The notes beneath the pieces are model-generated. The model made no database searches, was not told the DNA's origin, and saw nothing but the letters and a program-made list of their open reading frames with translations. Below, one piece after another: positions 54,701 to 64,000 of a DNA stretch of 64,000 nt. This stretch comes from Ilumatobacteraceae bacterium (GTDB lineage: Bacteria; Actinomycetota; Acidimicrobiia; Acidimicrobiales; Ilumatobacteraceae): contig CAVVZI010000001.1 of the NCBI GenBank assembly GCA_963752815.1, positions 20,709 through 84,708 of the forward strand, read 5' to 3'. Both the position numbers and the translations under genes were made by a program. The stretch's first letter is position 1. Every line of letters begins with the position of its first letter.

Positions 54701-57201
54701 CGCTCTTCCGTCTCGACGGGTGGCTCGATGGGTTCACCCTCGATGATCAGCAGGCGGATGGTGATCGTGAGCCCGCCTCCTGGCGTGTCGTCCAACTCCA
54801 TGCTCGCACCCATCGCGTCGATGAACCCCTTGGCGATCGCGAGGCCCAGGCCCGCTCCCGCGTCGTGCGACCGGTCGCCGAATCGCTGGAACGGGACGAA
54901 GATGCGGTCGCGTTCCGACGCGGGCACACCCGGGCCACGGTCGACCACCCGCAGGTCGACGAACGAACCGACGAGTCCGGCCTCGACGCGCACCGGTCGG
55001 TCGTCCGGCGACCACGCGACCGCGTTCGAGACGATGTTGGCGACGGCGCGTTCGAGGAGCGCGGCATCGGCGAGCACGAGGGGCAACGCTTCGGACACGT
55101 CGACGTCGACCCGCTCCTGGGCGGCGGCGATTCCGGAGAGTGCGGACGCCACGACCTCTTCGAGCGCGACAGCACCCAGGGCCAGATCGACGGCGCCTGC
55201 CTCGAGCCGGCTCATGTCGAGCAGGTCGCGCACCATGCGATCGAGCCGGTCGGACGCCGCCTCGATGTCGTGGAGCAGCACGCGGCGATCGTCGTCGGTG
55301 AAGGCGACGTCGGTGTGGAGCAGTCCGGATGCTGACGCCTTGATGGTGGCGAGCGGTGTGCGGAAGTCGTGCGAGACCGCGCGCAGCAGCGCCGATCGCA
55401 GCGCGTCGGCCTCCGCCACCAGATCGGCTTCGGCGGCGTCCGCCCGCAATCGCCGCGCTTCGACCGCCATCGCCAACTGATCGGCGAAGGCGCGGAGCAC
55501 CACGAGTTGCTCCGACTGCAGCGTCGCCCCGGACACCACGAGACACAGGGCACCATCCGCCGAGAGGTCGATCGAGGTGCCCTGAGCGGGGTCGAGGAGT
55601 TCCGGCGTTCCCGACGTGTGGGTCGGCCACCACCCGTCGCCGTTGCGTTCGAGCACCGATGCGGCTTCGAGTCCGAACGTCGCCCGCACCTGTTCGAGCA
55701 GGTCGGCGAGCGGATCGAGCGCGCCGACGAGCGTCGCTGCCGATCGGGCGAGCGCCGCCGCGTCGGCACGAGCGCTCGCTGCCTCGCGGCTCCGGCGCGC
55801 GGCGCGATCGACGAGCACGCTGATCACGACCGTGACCAGCACGAACACGGACAGGGCCACGACGTTCTCGCTCTCGCTGATCGTCAGCGTGTGCAGCGGC
55901 GGGGTCAGGAACCAGTTGGTCAGTGCGAACGCGCCGAACGAGGCGACCAGGCCGGCGCGCAGGCCGGCGAGCGCGGCGACACCCATCACGACGCAGAGAT
56001 CGACGAGCAGTGCCGACCCGAGCGAGATGTGATCCCGGAACGGGACGAGCAGCATGGTCAGCAGCGGCAGCCCGATGAGGCAGAGCGCCCAGCCGGCCCT
56101 GATCTGCAGCGTCGAACGGTGCCGTGACCGGCGCGTCGTGTCGAGCCAGCGTTGCGTGTTGAGCGTCGCCCCGGTGGAGACCACGTGGATGTCGGCGGGG
56201 CCGATGTTGTCGATCAGGTCGTTCACCACCGAGCCCCCGGCGCGGGTGCGCAGGCCCTTGGTCCGCGCTCCGACCACGAGCTGGGTCGCCTGCTCGACGT
56301 CGGCGAACGCGGCCATCGCGGCAGCCACATCGTCTCCCCGCAGTTCCCGGTACGTCCCGCCGAGCGCGACGAGCAAGCGGCGCTGCCGTTCGAGGTCGGG
56401 GCCGGGCTGCCGATCCGTGCGCGTGACGTGGACCCCGATCAGGTGCCCGCTCGACCGGTTCGCGAGCCGTGCGGCCCGGCGCACGAGCAGCTCGCCTCCT
56501 TCGCCGCCGAGGGCGACGACGACGCGCTCGCGTCGCGGTGCGACATCGGCCGGGTCCGGGTCGAGGTCGCGTGTGACCTGCTCGTCGACGCGGTCGGCGA
56601 GCCACGTCAGAGCGAGGTGACGGAGGCTGCCGAGCACCGCCGGACGGAACAGGTTCGCCCGTGCGGTGTCGAGGCGCTCCGGCGGGTAGACGTTCCCGTG
56701 GGCGAGCCGCCTGCGCAACGACTCGGGGCTCATGTCGACCAGTTCGATCTGTGTGTCCGCGGTGAGGAAGGAGTCAGGCACGAACCGCGTCGATTCCACA
56801 CCGGTGAGCACGGTGACCGTGCTGTGCAGCGACGCCAGGTCACCGATGTCGAACGTCGAGATGACGTCGATACCGCTGGCGAGAATTCGATCGACGGATT
56901 CCCACCGTGGGTGTTCGTGGCTGCCCCGGTGTCCGAGCTCGTCGACGAGCACGACCCGCGGCTGCCGCCGGAGGATCAGCCCGACATCCAATTCGGGATC
57001 ACCGTCGATGCCGGCGGTCGTCGCGATCCGTTCCAACGGAATGTGGCGACCCTTCCACGCAGGGCGGTCGTCGATGTCCAGCACGCCGATCACGACGTCG
57101 GTGCCGCGGTCGGCACGACGAAGTCCCTCCTCGACCATCGCGTGCGTCTTGCCGACGCCGGCCGTCGCTCCGAGGTAGAGCCGTAGTTGGCCGCGCGTCA
57201 C
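54697..57201 (-). CDS. kdpD: Sensor histidine kinase KdpD
   Basis: N-terminal KdpD domain (RGQLRLYLGATAGVGKTHAM...VLVDELGH...), a USP-like region, 4 TM segments, a GAF-like region, the H-box SHDFRTPL and an HATPase domain. The start is GTG 57201. Confidence 0.9.
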   Translation of the reverse strand: MTRGQLRLYLGATAGVGKTHAMVEEGLRRADRGTDVVIGVLDIDDRPAWKGRHIPLERIATTAGIDGDPELDVGLILRRQPRVVLVDELGHRGSHEHPRWESVDRILASGIDVISTFDIGDLASLHSTVTVLTGVESTRFVPDSFLTADTQIELVDMSPESLRRRLAHGNVYPPERLDTARANLFRPAVLGSLRHLALTWLADRVDEQVTRDLDPDPADVAPRRERVVVALGGEGGELLVRRAARLANRSSGHLIGVHVTRTDRQPGPDLERQRRLLVALGGTYRELRGDDVAAAMAAFADVEQATQLVVGARTKGLRTRAGGSVVNDLIDNIGPADIHVVSTGATLNTQRWLDTTRRSRHRSTLQIRAGWALCLIGLPLLTMLLVPFRDHISLGSALLVDLCVVMGVAALAGLRAGLVASFGAFALTNWFLTPPLHTLTISESENVVALSVFVLVTVVISVLVDRAARRSREAASARADAAALARSAATLVGALDPLADLLEQVRATFGLEAASVLERNGDGWWPTHTSGTPELLDPAQGTSIDLSADGALCLVVSGATLQSEQLVVLRAFADQLAMAVEARRLRADAAEADLVAEADALRSALLRAVSHDFRTPLATIKASASGLLHTDVAFTDDDRRVLLHDIEAASDRLDRMVRDLLDMSRLEAGAVDLALGAVALEEVVASALSGIAAAQERVDVDVSEALPLVLADAALLERAVANIVSNAVAWSPDDRPVRVEAGLVGSFVDLRVVDRGPGVPASERDRIFVPFQRFGDRSHDAGAGLGLAIAKGFIDAMGASMELDDTPGGGLTITIRLLIIEGEPIEPPVETEER

Positions 57202-57269
57202 GATCGACAGTCTGCTCCAGTCGCCAGAAGGCGCAACCGATCGGGCGCGGGCGCTAGGTTCGGCACCCG

Positions 57270-57803
57270 ATGACCGATCGTCCCGACCCGTCACTCCTCG
57301 TGCTGTACCCGGGTAGTTTCGATCCGATCCACCTCGGTCACGTCGACGTGATCGAGCAGGCGCTCGAGCTGTTCGGCAGCGTGGCCGTGGCCGTGATGCA
57401 CAACCCGGCCAAGCCGTCCGGGCTGTTCCCGGTCGATCAGCGCGTCGACTTGGCGCGCACATCGCTCGCCCACCTGAACGGCGTGACCGTCGAGGCATAT
57501 TCGGGGCTCGCGGTGCAGGCGGCGAGTTGGGCCAGCGTCGACTTCATGGTCAAGGGTCTGCGCACACCGGGCGACTTCGAGATCGAGCAGCAGATGGCGC
57601 AGAACAACTACGCCGTCACCGGCATCCGCACGGTCTATCTTCCCTGTACCCCGGCGCTCGGCTACATCAGCAGCCGCTTCGTCCGGGAGATCGCGAAGTA
57701 CGGTGGAGCGATCGGGCATCTCGTTCCGGCGCCGGTCGCGGACGCGTTGCACGAACGGTTCGCCAACCCAGACGACACCGGACCGACCCGAGCCGAACGA
57801 TGA
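57270..57803 (+). CDS. coaD: Phosphopantetheine adenylyltransferase
   Basis: LYPGSFDPIHLGHVDVI and ISSRFVREI motifs. Confidence 0.95.
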   Translation: MTDRPDPSLLVLYPGSFDPIHLGHVDVIEQALELFGSVAVAVMHNPAKPSGLFPVDQRVDLARTSLAHLNGVTVEAYSGLAVQAASWASVDFMVKGLRTPGDFEIEQQMAQNNYAVTGIRTVYLPCTPALGYISSRFVREIAKYGGAIGHLVPAPVADALHERFANPDDTGPTRAER

Positions 57804-58405
57804 GCTACGACGACACCTACGCCAACCAGCCGAACGACTACGACGACATCGACGACGAGTATCCCGATCCGGGCACGCCCGGCGGATACGTCGGCGACGC
57901 CGAGACCCTGCTGCGGCGGGCGATCGACATCGTCGCCACGGCGCCGACGATGCCGCTGTCGTCTTCCCCGCGCATCGACCGCGACGAGATCATCGAGCTG
58001 CTCGAGGAGTCGCTCCACCGGCTGCCCGACGAACTGCGTCAGGCGCGTTGGATGTTGAAGGAGCGTCAGGAATTCGTCGCCAAGACGCGGCGCGAGGCCG
58101 ACGAGTTGCTCGAGGCGGCCCGCGTGCGGGCCGAGCGGATGGTGCAGCGCACCGAGGTGGTGCGCGCCGCCGAGCAACGGGCCCGCCAGGTGATGGAGAC
58201 CGCCGAGGCCGACTCGCGCCGGTTGAAGCACGAGACCGAGGACTTTCTCGACCAGCGTCTCGGGTCGTTCGAGATCCTCCTCGACAAGTTGTCGAAGACC
58301 GTGCACGCGGGCCGTCAGCGCCTGTCGATCGGCGGGATCCGCGACGAGACGACGAGCATCGAAGAGGAAGACCCGACGATGGGCTTCTTCGACCAGGACG
58401 GCTGA
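57800..58405 (+). CDS. Conserved actinobacterial coiled-coil protein (DivIVA / ATP-synthase-B-like), acidic N-terminus
   Basis: The ATG at 57800 overlaps the coaD stop (ATGA). Contains a heptad-rich stretch RQEFVAKTRREADELLEAARVRAERMVQRTEVVRAAEQRARQVMETAEADSRR. Confidence 0.55.
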   Translation: MSYDDTYANQPNDYDDIDDEYPDPGTPGGYVGDAETLLRRAIDIVATAPTMPLSSSPRIDRDEIIELLEESLHRLPDELRQARWMLKERQEFVAKTRREADELLEAARVRAERMVQRTEVVRAAEQRARQVMETAEADSRRLKHETEDFLDQRLGSFEILLDKLSKTVHAGRQRLSIGGIRDETTSIEEEDPTMGFFDQDG

Positions 58406-58537
58406 GACGCAATGATTGCTCGGCCTCACGTCGAGTCTCGTCGCTGCACTTGAGGTCGGCCTCGCGGGAGCCTCGTCGCTGGCGCTTCCCTCGGCTCGCG
58501 CCGCCGACCAATTTCTCGTCGCCGGTATCGTGTTTCC

Positions 58538-59047
58538 ATGGTCGACATCGCCCGTCAACTGCGGCTCAACGCGGTCGAGATGCTGCGTCAACCAGGCACG
58601 ACCCGCGAGTTCGAGGTCGAGGTCGAGGGTGAGGCCGTGTCGGTCGTCCACGACGCGCTCGACGGTCCGATCGAACTGAACCTCAGGCTCGAGACGCTGA
58701 ACGACGGCATCGCGGTGGGCGGAACGATCGCCACGCCGTGGCGCGGCGTCTGTCGGCGCTGTCTCGAGTCGCTGTCGGGCATCGACATCGCCGACGTCGA
58801 CGAGTTGTACCAGAAGGTCGTCATCGATCCCGACGCCTACCTCATCGAGAACGGTCAGCTCGATCTGGTCCCGCTCGTCCGGGAGACCGCCCTGCTGCAG
58901 CTCGATGACGAACGGCTCTGCCGGCCTGACTGCGCCGGCCTCTGCCCGCAATGCGGCATCGACCGGAACCACGAATCGTGCGACTGCGGTGCCGAGATCC
59001 GCGACGACCGCTGGGCGGCCCTCGAAGGTCTCGAACTCGACAAGTGA
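58538..59047 (+). CDS. yceD: YceD/DUF177 family protein (large-subunit rRNA accumulation)
   Basis: The C-terminus has CRPDCAGLCPQCGIDRN...CDC. Located upstream of rpmF. Confidence 0.85.
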   Translation: MVDIARQLRLNAVEMLRQPGTTREFEVEVEGEAVSVVHDALDGPIELNLRLETLNDGIAVGGTIATPWRGVCRRCLESLSGIDIADVDELYQKVVIDPDAYLIENGQLDLVPLVRETALLQLDDERLCRPDCAGLCPQCGIDRNHESCDCGAEIRDDRWAALEGLELDK

Positions 59048-59203
59048 GCCCCGGCCTCGATGCAGGCCGCCGGATGTGAACCGGGGCGCGGGCCGATAAC
59101 GTGATGCGGCCCTTGGGGCACGGGTGCGCCGAACCGGCTGCCCGCCACACGATCGGACCGCGACCCGCACGGGTCCGTGGTCAATGGACGAGGAAAGCGA
59201 ACG

Positions 59204-59383
59204 ATGGCCGTTCCGAAGAAGAAGACATCGAAGTCGAAGACGCGTAGCCGTCGGGCGAGCTCCTGGCAGCTGGACGCGCCTCCTCGCAGCCTCTGCCCGC
59301 GTTGCGGGTCCGCCAAACTCCCGCACACCGTGTGTGGGGCATGTGGCTGGTACCGCGACCGCGTCGTCGTCGACGTCGGCTGA
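59204..59383 (+). CDS. rpmF: 50S ribosomal protein L32
   Basis: [21 protein letters not shown]...CPRCG...[17 protein letters not shown] Shine-Dalgarno is present. Confidence 0.95.
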   Translation: MAVPKKKTSKSKTRSRRASSWQLDAPPRSLCPRCGSAKLPHTVCGACGWYRDRVVVDVG

Positions 59384-59402
59384 ACCGAGCATTTCTCCAC
59401 AC

Positions 59403-60389
59403 ATGCTCCCCATCGTCGTCGACGCCATGGGCGGCGACGACGCCCCCGGTCCGATCGTGGCCGGAGCGCACCTCGCCGCCGCGGCTGGGCACTCAGTGGT
59501 ACTCGTCGGCCCGGCTGATCTCGACTGCGTCGATGCCGCCACCGGTGCCCGTCTCGACCTGATCGAGGCGTCCGAGGTCATCGGCATGCACGACGATCCC
59601 GCCCAGGGGGTGCGGCGGAAGAAGGATTCCACGCTCGTCCGCGCCGCCGAAGCGGTGCGCGACGGCAAGGCCAGCGCGATGATCTCCGCCGGCAACACCG
59701 GTGCCACCATGGCGGCCGCCCTGCTGCGAATGGGACGGATCAGCGGCGTGAAGCGGCCGGCGATCGCCACGCCCATCCCGGTGCCAGGCTCGACACCGAC
59801 CATCCTGCTCGATGCCGGCGCGAACGCCGAGGTCCAGGCCGACTGGCTCGTGCAGTTCGCCCTGATGGGGTCGGTCTACGCCCGCCACCGCTTCGGGATC
59901 GCCGAGCCCCGGGTCGGCCTGCTGTCGATCGGGGAAGAGCCGGGCAAGGGCGACAACCTGCGCAAGGAGACCTACGAACTGCTCTCGGCGGCCGAGGGGT
60001 TGAACTTCATCGGCAACGTCGAAGGTCGCGACGTGATGGCCAAGCACCTCGACGTGTGCGTCACCGACGGCTTCACCGGCAACGTCGTGCTGAAGACGCT
60101 CGAAGGCGCGTTGAAGGTCATCGTGGCGGCGCTGCTCGATGCGTTCAACGCCGAAGAGCACTACAAGCCCCACACCGAGGCGCTGATGCCGGCGCTGTTG
60201 CAGCTCTATCGCACGCTGAGCCCCGACACCTACGGCGGTGCCGTGCTGCTCGGGGTCGACGGCGTGTGCGTCATCGCGCACGGATCGTCGACGGCAGAGG
60301 CCATCGTGAACGGCATCGGCGTGGCCGCCGAGATGGTCGAACGTGACGTCGTGAGCGAGATTCGCGCCGCGATCGCCGCCAACGCCTGA
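59403..60389 (+). CDS. plsX: Phosphate acyltransferase PlsX
   Basis: IVVDAMGGDDAPGPIV, ISAGNTGA and TDGFTGNVVLKT. Confidence 0.95.
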   Translation: MLPIVVDAMGGDDAPGPIVAGAHLAAAAGHSVVLVGPADLDCVDAATGARLDLIEASEVIGMHDDPAQGVRRKKDSTLVRAAEAVRDGKASAMISAGNTGATMAAALLRMGRISGVKRPAIATPIPVPGSTPTILLDAGANAEVQADWLVQFALMGSVYARHRFGIAEPRVGLLSIGEEPGKGDNLRKETYELLSAAEGLNFIGNVEGRDVMAKHLDVCVTDGFTGNVVLKTLEGALKVIVAALLDAFNAEEHYKPHTEALMPALLQLYRTLSPDTYGGAVLLGVDGVCVIAHGSSTAEAIVNGIGVAAEMVERDVVSEIRAAIAANA

Positions 60390-60419
60390 CCAAACGGCCC
60401 GGCAGTACACTGCTTCGGC

Positions 60420-60713
60420 GTGCCAGCAGAGACGTCCGTTCAACAAGGTCCCATCGGTCGAGAGGAGATCTTCGAGATCGTGCGTGACCGGCTCGCCGAC
60501 ATCCTCGAGATCGAGCCGACGACCATCTCCGAGGGGCAGTCGTTCGTCGACGACCTCGACGCCGACTCGCTGGCGCTGATCGAGCTCGTCGAAGCCCTCG
60601 AAGAGGAACTGTCGGGGCGCATCGACGGCTTCCGCATCGAGGACGAGGACCTCGAGGACCTGAAGACCGTGCGTGACGCGGTCGACTACGTGCACGAGCG
60701 GGCGATCGCCTGA
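60420..60713 (+). CDS. acpP: Acyl carrier protein
   Basis: The phosphopantetheine attachment motif is in FVDDLDADSLALIELVEALEEE. Confidence 0.85.
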   Translation: MPAETSVQQGPIGREEIFEIVRDRLADILEIEPTTISEGQSFVDDLDADSLALIELVEALEEELSGRIDGFRIEDEDLEDLKTVRDAVDYVHERAIA

Positions 60714-61418
60714 ACAGCCGCGCTGCGCCCGCCGACGACGATGAAGCTCTCGCCGTCCTGGAGGAACGGATCGGTCACGCCTTCGCCGACCGCGAGCTCC
60801 TCCGTCACGCGCTGAACCATCGTTCGTGGGTCGCTGAACATCCTGGCGCGCGGAGCAACGAGCGCTTGGAATTCCTCGGCGACGCCGTACTGGGTTGGGC
60901 CGTGGCCGACATGTCGTACCGGCGGTTCGGCCAGACACCGGAGGGCCAACTCACCGACCTCCGCAAGAGCGTGGTCAACGCGTTGGCGCTGGCCAAGGTG
61001 GCCCGCGAGATCGGTCTCGGCGACCATGTCCGGCTCGGGTCGCGGCGAGGCCGCCGCGGCGGGAGCGCAGAAGCCGTCGATCCTGTCGGACGCCTTCGAG
61101 GCGCTGCTCGGTGCCGTGTACCTCGACGGTGGGACCGAGGCGGCGTACGGCATGGTCGATCGGCTCGTCGCCCCCGGATTCCCGCTGACGATCGACGCAC
61201 TCGACCAGCTGGACCACAAGACGCAGCTGCAGGAGCGTGCCGCTCGCGCCGGCCGTGGCATCCCGATGTACAAGGTCGTCGCGACGGGACCCGATCATGC
61301 CAAGACGTTCGTCGCCTCGGTGTTCGTCGACGACGTGCTGCTGGGCCAGGGGACCGGGCATTCGAAGAAGTCCGCCGAACAGCTCGCTGCTTCCGCCGCG
61401 TGCGCCACCTTCGACTGA
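60710..61418 (+). pseudogene. rnc: Ribonuclease III, frame broken by one extra base as sequenced; only a CTG start is available
   Basis: LRHALNHRSW...NERLEFLGDAVLG (signature motif), then after position 61040 the next frame gives [31 protein letters not shown] plus a dsRBD (GPDHAKTFVASV...GTGHSKKSAEQLAA). Length is 709 nt = 3n+1. No ATG, GTG or TTG lies in frame upstream of the conserved N-terminus. The CTG at 60710 overlaps the acpP stop. Confidence 0.85.
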
Positions 61419-61437
61419 CGCCGGAACGCCACCGCCA

Positions 61438-62274
61438 ATGCCCGAGTTGCCCGAGGTCGAGACGGTGCGGCGGGGCCTGCAGCAACACGTCGCCGGCCGT
61501 CGGATCGTGCGGGTCGAGGTGGGTCGGGAACGGGTCGTGCGGCGAACGTCGCGCGAGGCGCTCATCCACGGGCTGACCGACGTGGTCGTGCTCTCGGCCG
61601 ACCGGCGGGGCAAGTACCTGCTGCTCCCGCTCGATTCGGGCGACTCGACGATGATCCATCTGCGGATGAGCGGCCAGGTGTTGCTCGCCGCCGGGGACGC
61701 CCCGCGCCCGGCCCACACCCATGTCGCGCTGACGCTCGACGATCGACGGGAGCTGTGGTTCGTCGACCCACGCACGTTCGGCGAGGTGGTGGTGTTCGAT
61801 CCCGACCACGTCGACGTCGAGCTGCCCGAGCTGGCGCTGCTCGGGATCGACCCGATCGCCGACCCGTTCGAGCGTGGCGACCTGGCGCGGATCGTGCGCT
61901 CGACGCGCCGGGCGTTGAAGCCACTGCTCCTCGACCAGCATGCGATCGCCGGCATCGGCAACATCTACGCCGACGAGATCCTCCACGCCGCCCGGCTGCG
62001 TCCCGATCGGGAGGCGTCGTCGCTCGACGGCCGGGCGATCACCCGTCTCCACACGTCGATCGTCGAGGTGCTCGCGTCGGCGATCGTCGCCGGTGGGTCG
62101 ACCCTGGGCGATGCGCAGTACGTCGATCTGATGGGGTCGTCGGGCTCGTACCAGGACGACCACCGCGTCTACGGCCGCACCGGAGAACGCTGCCTCACCT
62201 GTGGCCGGGGATGGATCCGCCGGACGGTGTCGGGAGGTCGCTCGACCCACTTCTGTCCGGTGTGCCAGCACTGA
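61438..62274 (+). CDS. mutM: Formamidopyrimidine-DNA glycosylase
   Basis: MPELPEVETVRRGL and the C-terminal zinc finger CLTCG...FCPVCQ. Confidence 0.95.
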   Translation: MPELPEVETVRRGLQQHVAGRRIVRVEVGRERVVRRTSREALIHGLTDVVVLSADRRGKYLLLPLDSGDSTMIHLRMSGQVLLAAGDAPRPAHTHVALTLDDRRELWFVDPRTFGEVVVFDPDHVDVELPELALLGIDPIADPFERGDLARIVRSTRRALKPLLLDQHAIAGIGNIYADEILHAARLRPDREASSLDGRAITRLHTSIVEVLASAIVAGGSTLGDAQYVDLMGSSGSYQDDHRVYGRTGERCLTCGRGWIRRTVSGGRSTHFCPVCQH

Positions 62275-62331
62275 GATCACCGGCGAGATCCGGGTGACCG
62301 GGCGGTCGCGCGAGTAGGTTCTCCGACTGCT

Positions 62332-64000
62332 GTGTTCCTGAAGAGTCTCAACCTCAAGGGCTTCAAGTCCTTCGCCGACAGCACCACCTTGGTCCTGGAG
62401 CCTGGGGTCACCGTGGTCGTCGGCCCGAACGGCTCGGGCAAGTCGAATGTCGTCGATGCCGTGGCCTGGGTGCTCGGTGCGCAGGCGCCCAAGGCGGTCC
62501 GCAGCCAGAAGATGGACGATGTGATCTTCGCCGGCACCGCCAAGCGGCCCGCGCTCGGCCGTGCCGAGGTGAGCATCACGATCGACAACTCCGACGGCAC
62601 GCTCGGTGTCGATCTCACCGAGATCACGGTCACGCGCATCCTCTTCCGCAACGGCGATTCGGAGTACTCGATCAACGGCGTGCCGTGCCGTCTGCTCGAC
62701 GTGCAGGAACTGCTGTCCGATGCCGGCGTCGGTCGCCAGCAGCACGTGATCGTCAGCCAGGGCCAGATCGACGCCGTGCTGAACGCCCGCCCCGAGGAGC
62801 GCCGGGCGATCATCGAGGAAGCGGCGGGCGTGCTGAAGTTCCGCCGGCGCAAGGAGAAGGCCGAGCGCCGGCTCGATGCCACCGAGGCGAACCTGCTCCG
62901 TGTGCAGGACCTGCTGCGCGAGGTGCGGCGCCAGCTGCGCCCGCTCGAACGGCAGGCGGCGGCCGCCGAACGGCACGGGTCGCTGATCACCGAACTCAAC
63001 GCGCTGAAGACGTTCGTCGCCGGGCGCGAGATCGCGGCGTGGCGTGTGAAGCTCGAGTCGCTGTCGTCGACGCGCCTCGAGAGCGCCACTGCCGAGAGCG
63101 AGTTGAAGTCGTCGCTCGCCGGCCTCGACACGTCGGTGATGGCGATCGAGGCCGAGCTGTCGGCACGCGGGCAGAGCGACACCGGGGATCGGCTGGCGCG
63201 GGTGGAACAGCTGCGGGAGCGGGCCCGCGGGCTCGCCGCCGTGCTGGCGGAACGGCGCCGCTCGCTCGAACGTGATCGAGGGCAGCTGCTCGATGCCGAC
63301 CTCGTGGCCAACCTCGAGGCCGAGGCCGCCCGGTTGCGCGACGAGTTGGAGGTCGTGGCGCTCGACATCGTCGCCGTCCGGCCCGACGTCGACGAGTTGG
63401 AGATCGAGGAGCGCCGCTTCGAGAGCGAGCGCACCACTGCGCTCCAGGCGGTTGCACCGAGCGACGGCTCGGGTTCGCGTGCGGCCAGCGCCGCGGCCGA
63501 GGTGCGTGGCGAGTTGCGGTCGGTACGCACGGGACTCGATCGTCTGCTCGACGAAGTGCGCCGCCACGAGGGCCGCTCGAACTCGCTCGCCCAGCGGATC
63601 GATGCGTTGCACGAGTCGGCCGAGCGGTTCCGTGGCGAGTGCGACGCTGCCGGCAGCGTCGAGGAATCACTGGTCGCCGAGGTCGAGGCCGCCGAGTCGG
63701 CCCGTGAAGCGGCCGCCGCACTCACCGAGACCCGGCGTTCGCTGAAGGCGGACGATGCCGACGCCGCGGCGCGGGCGGCCGCCCGGATGGATGCGCTCCA
63801 GCTCGCACTCGACGCGGCGCGCGCCCGGGCCGGCGCCGAACGGCTCGTCGGCATCGACGGCGTGCTCGGCACGCTGCTCGACCTCGTCGAGATCGACGAC
63901 GATTGGGGACCGGCCGTCGAGGCCGCGCTCGGTGAATCGCTCACCGCGGTCGTCGTGGACGATCCGACGGCGGGGCGCCGCGCCCTCGATGCGCTGCGCG
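62332..64000 (+). CDS. smc: Chromosome partition protein Smc (5' part; continues beyond the window)
   Basis: VFLKSLNLKGFKSFADSTTLVLEPGVTVVVGPNGSGKSNVVDAVAWVLG, followed by a long coiled coil. The frame is open to the window end, so it is absent from the closed-ORF track. Confidence 0.9.
   Translation, partial: MFLKSLNLKGFKSFADSTTLVLEPGVTVVVGPNGSGKSNVVDAVAWVLGAQAPKAVRSQKMDDVIFAGTAKRPALGRAEVSITIDNSDGTLGVDLTEITVTRILFRNGDSEYSINGVPCRLLDVQELLSDAGVGRQQHVIVSQGQIDAVLNARPEERRAIIEEAAGVLKFRRRKEKAERRLDATEANLLRVQDLLREVRRQLRPLERQAAAAERHGSLITELNALKTFVAGREIAAWRVKLESLSSTRLESATAESELKSSLAGLDTSVMAIEAELSARGQSDTGDRLARVEQLRERARGLAAVLAERRRSLERDRGQLLDADLVANLEAEAARLRDELEVVALDIVAVRPDVDELEIEERRFESERTTALQAVAPSDGSGSRAASAAAEVRGELRSVRTGLDRLLDEVRRHEGRSNSLAQRIDALHESAERFRGECDAAGSVEESLVAEVEAAESAREAAAALTETRRSLKADDADAAARAAARMDALQLALDAARARAGAERLVGIDGVLGTLLDLVEIDDDWGPAVEAALGESLTAVVVDDPTAGRRALDALR

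Noticed and set aside
51521-57201. Genomic island or mobile element between rsmD and coaD
   Set aside because: There is no integrase, transposase, tRNA or flanking direct repeats, and the composition is the same as the flanks. I treat it as a rearrangement or ancestral arrangement rather than a mobile element.
60805-63944. 935-aa and 555-aa minus-strand ORFs (60805-63612 and 62277-63944)
   Set aside because: Both are antisense to rnc, mutM and smc, which carry unambiguous signatures. One is Ser/Arg-rich and the other Arg/Pro-rich. They are shadow ORFs.

Overview
High-GC (about two-thirds to 70% G+C by eye) actinobacterial chromosomal core segment. I cannot assign a genus. I call about 60 protein genes, with no rRNA, tRNA, CRISPR array, transposase or integrase. 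Gene order: (i) 1-18.7 kb is a cell-envelope glycan / GDP-mannose locus: NDP-sugar pyrophosphorylase 3' end, SDR epimerase, cofD, GT4, gmd, Wzx-like flippase, GT2-membrane fusion, DUF5719-like protein, membrane thioredoxin-like protein, ftsH, DUF3499, CPBP protease, an 891-aa polytopic membrane protein and phosphomannomutase. (ii) 18.8-29.3 kb holds Trm112-like, a secreted triple-repeat protein, ahcY, a YczE-like membrane protein, comF-like, secA, prfB and ftsEX. (iii) 29.4-46 kb is mixed metabolism: crotonases, PRC-barrel protein, glbO, ABC-2 exporter, purU, SpoU methyltransferase, menB, hydrolase, cofE, M20 peptidase, a divergent Pat-type acetyltransferase / HDAC-type deacetylase pair, acyl-CoA dehydrogenase and pckG. 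(iv) 46-64 kb runs rpmB, DAK2, recG, rsmD, [OB-fold, APC permease, kdpE, kdpD on the opposite strand], coaD, yceD, rpmF, plsX, acpP, rnc, mutM, smc. Main non-routine observations follow. (a) At least nine single-base frame breaks interrupt otherwise intact conserved genes, some normally essential; nearly all are +1 insertions, so they look like assembly indels rather than gene decay. (b) A REP/MITE-like palindromic element occurs three times and is imperfect always at the same positions (GGG opposite YTT), so the hairpin is wobble-perfect on one strand only. (c) Nested double-hairpin palindromes and long perfect hairpins fill convergent gene gaps. (d) Tandem repeats sit in two divergent promoter regions. 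(e) A canonical terminator hairpin plus T-tract lies inside the first codons of glbO. (f) A writer/eraser lysine-acylation module has a G-quadruplex-rich divergent promoter. I found no obvious defence or toxin system. The least understood content is the GT2-membrane / DUF5719 / 891-aa membrane protein set and the secreted triple-repeat protein. All calls come from reading the ORF translations and sequence; no database search was run.
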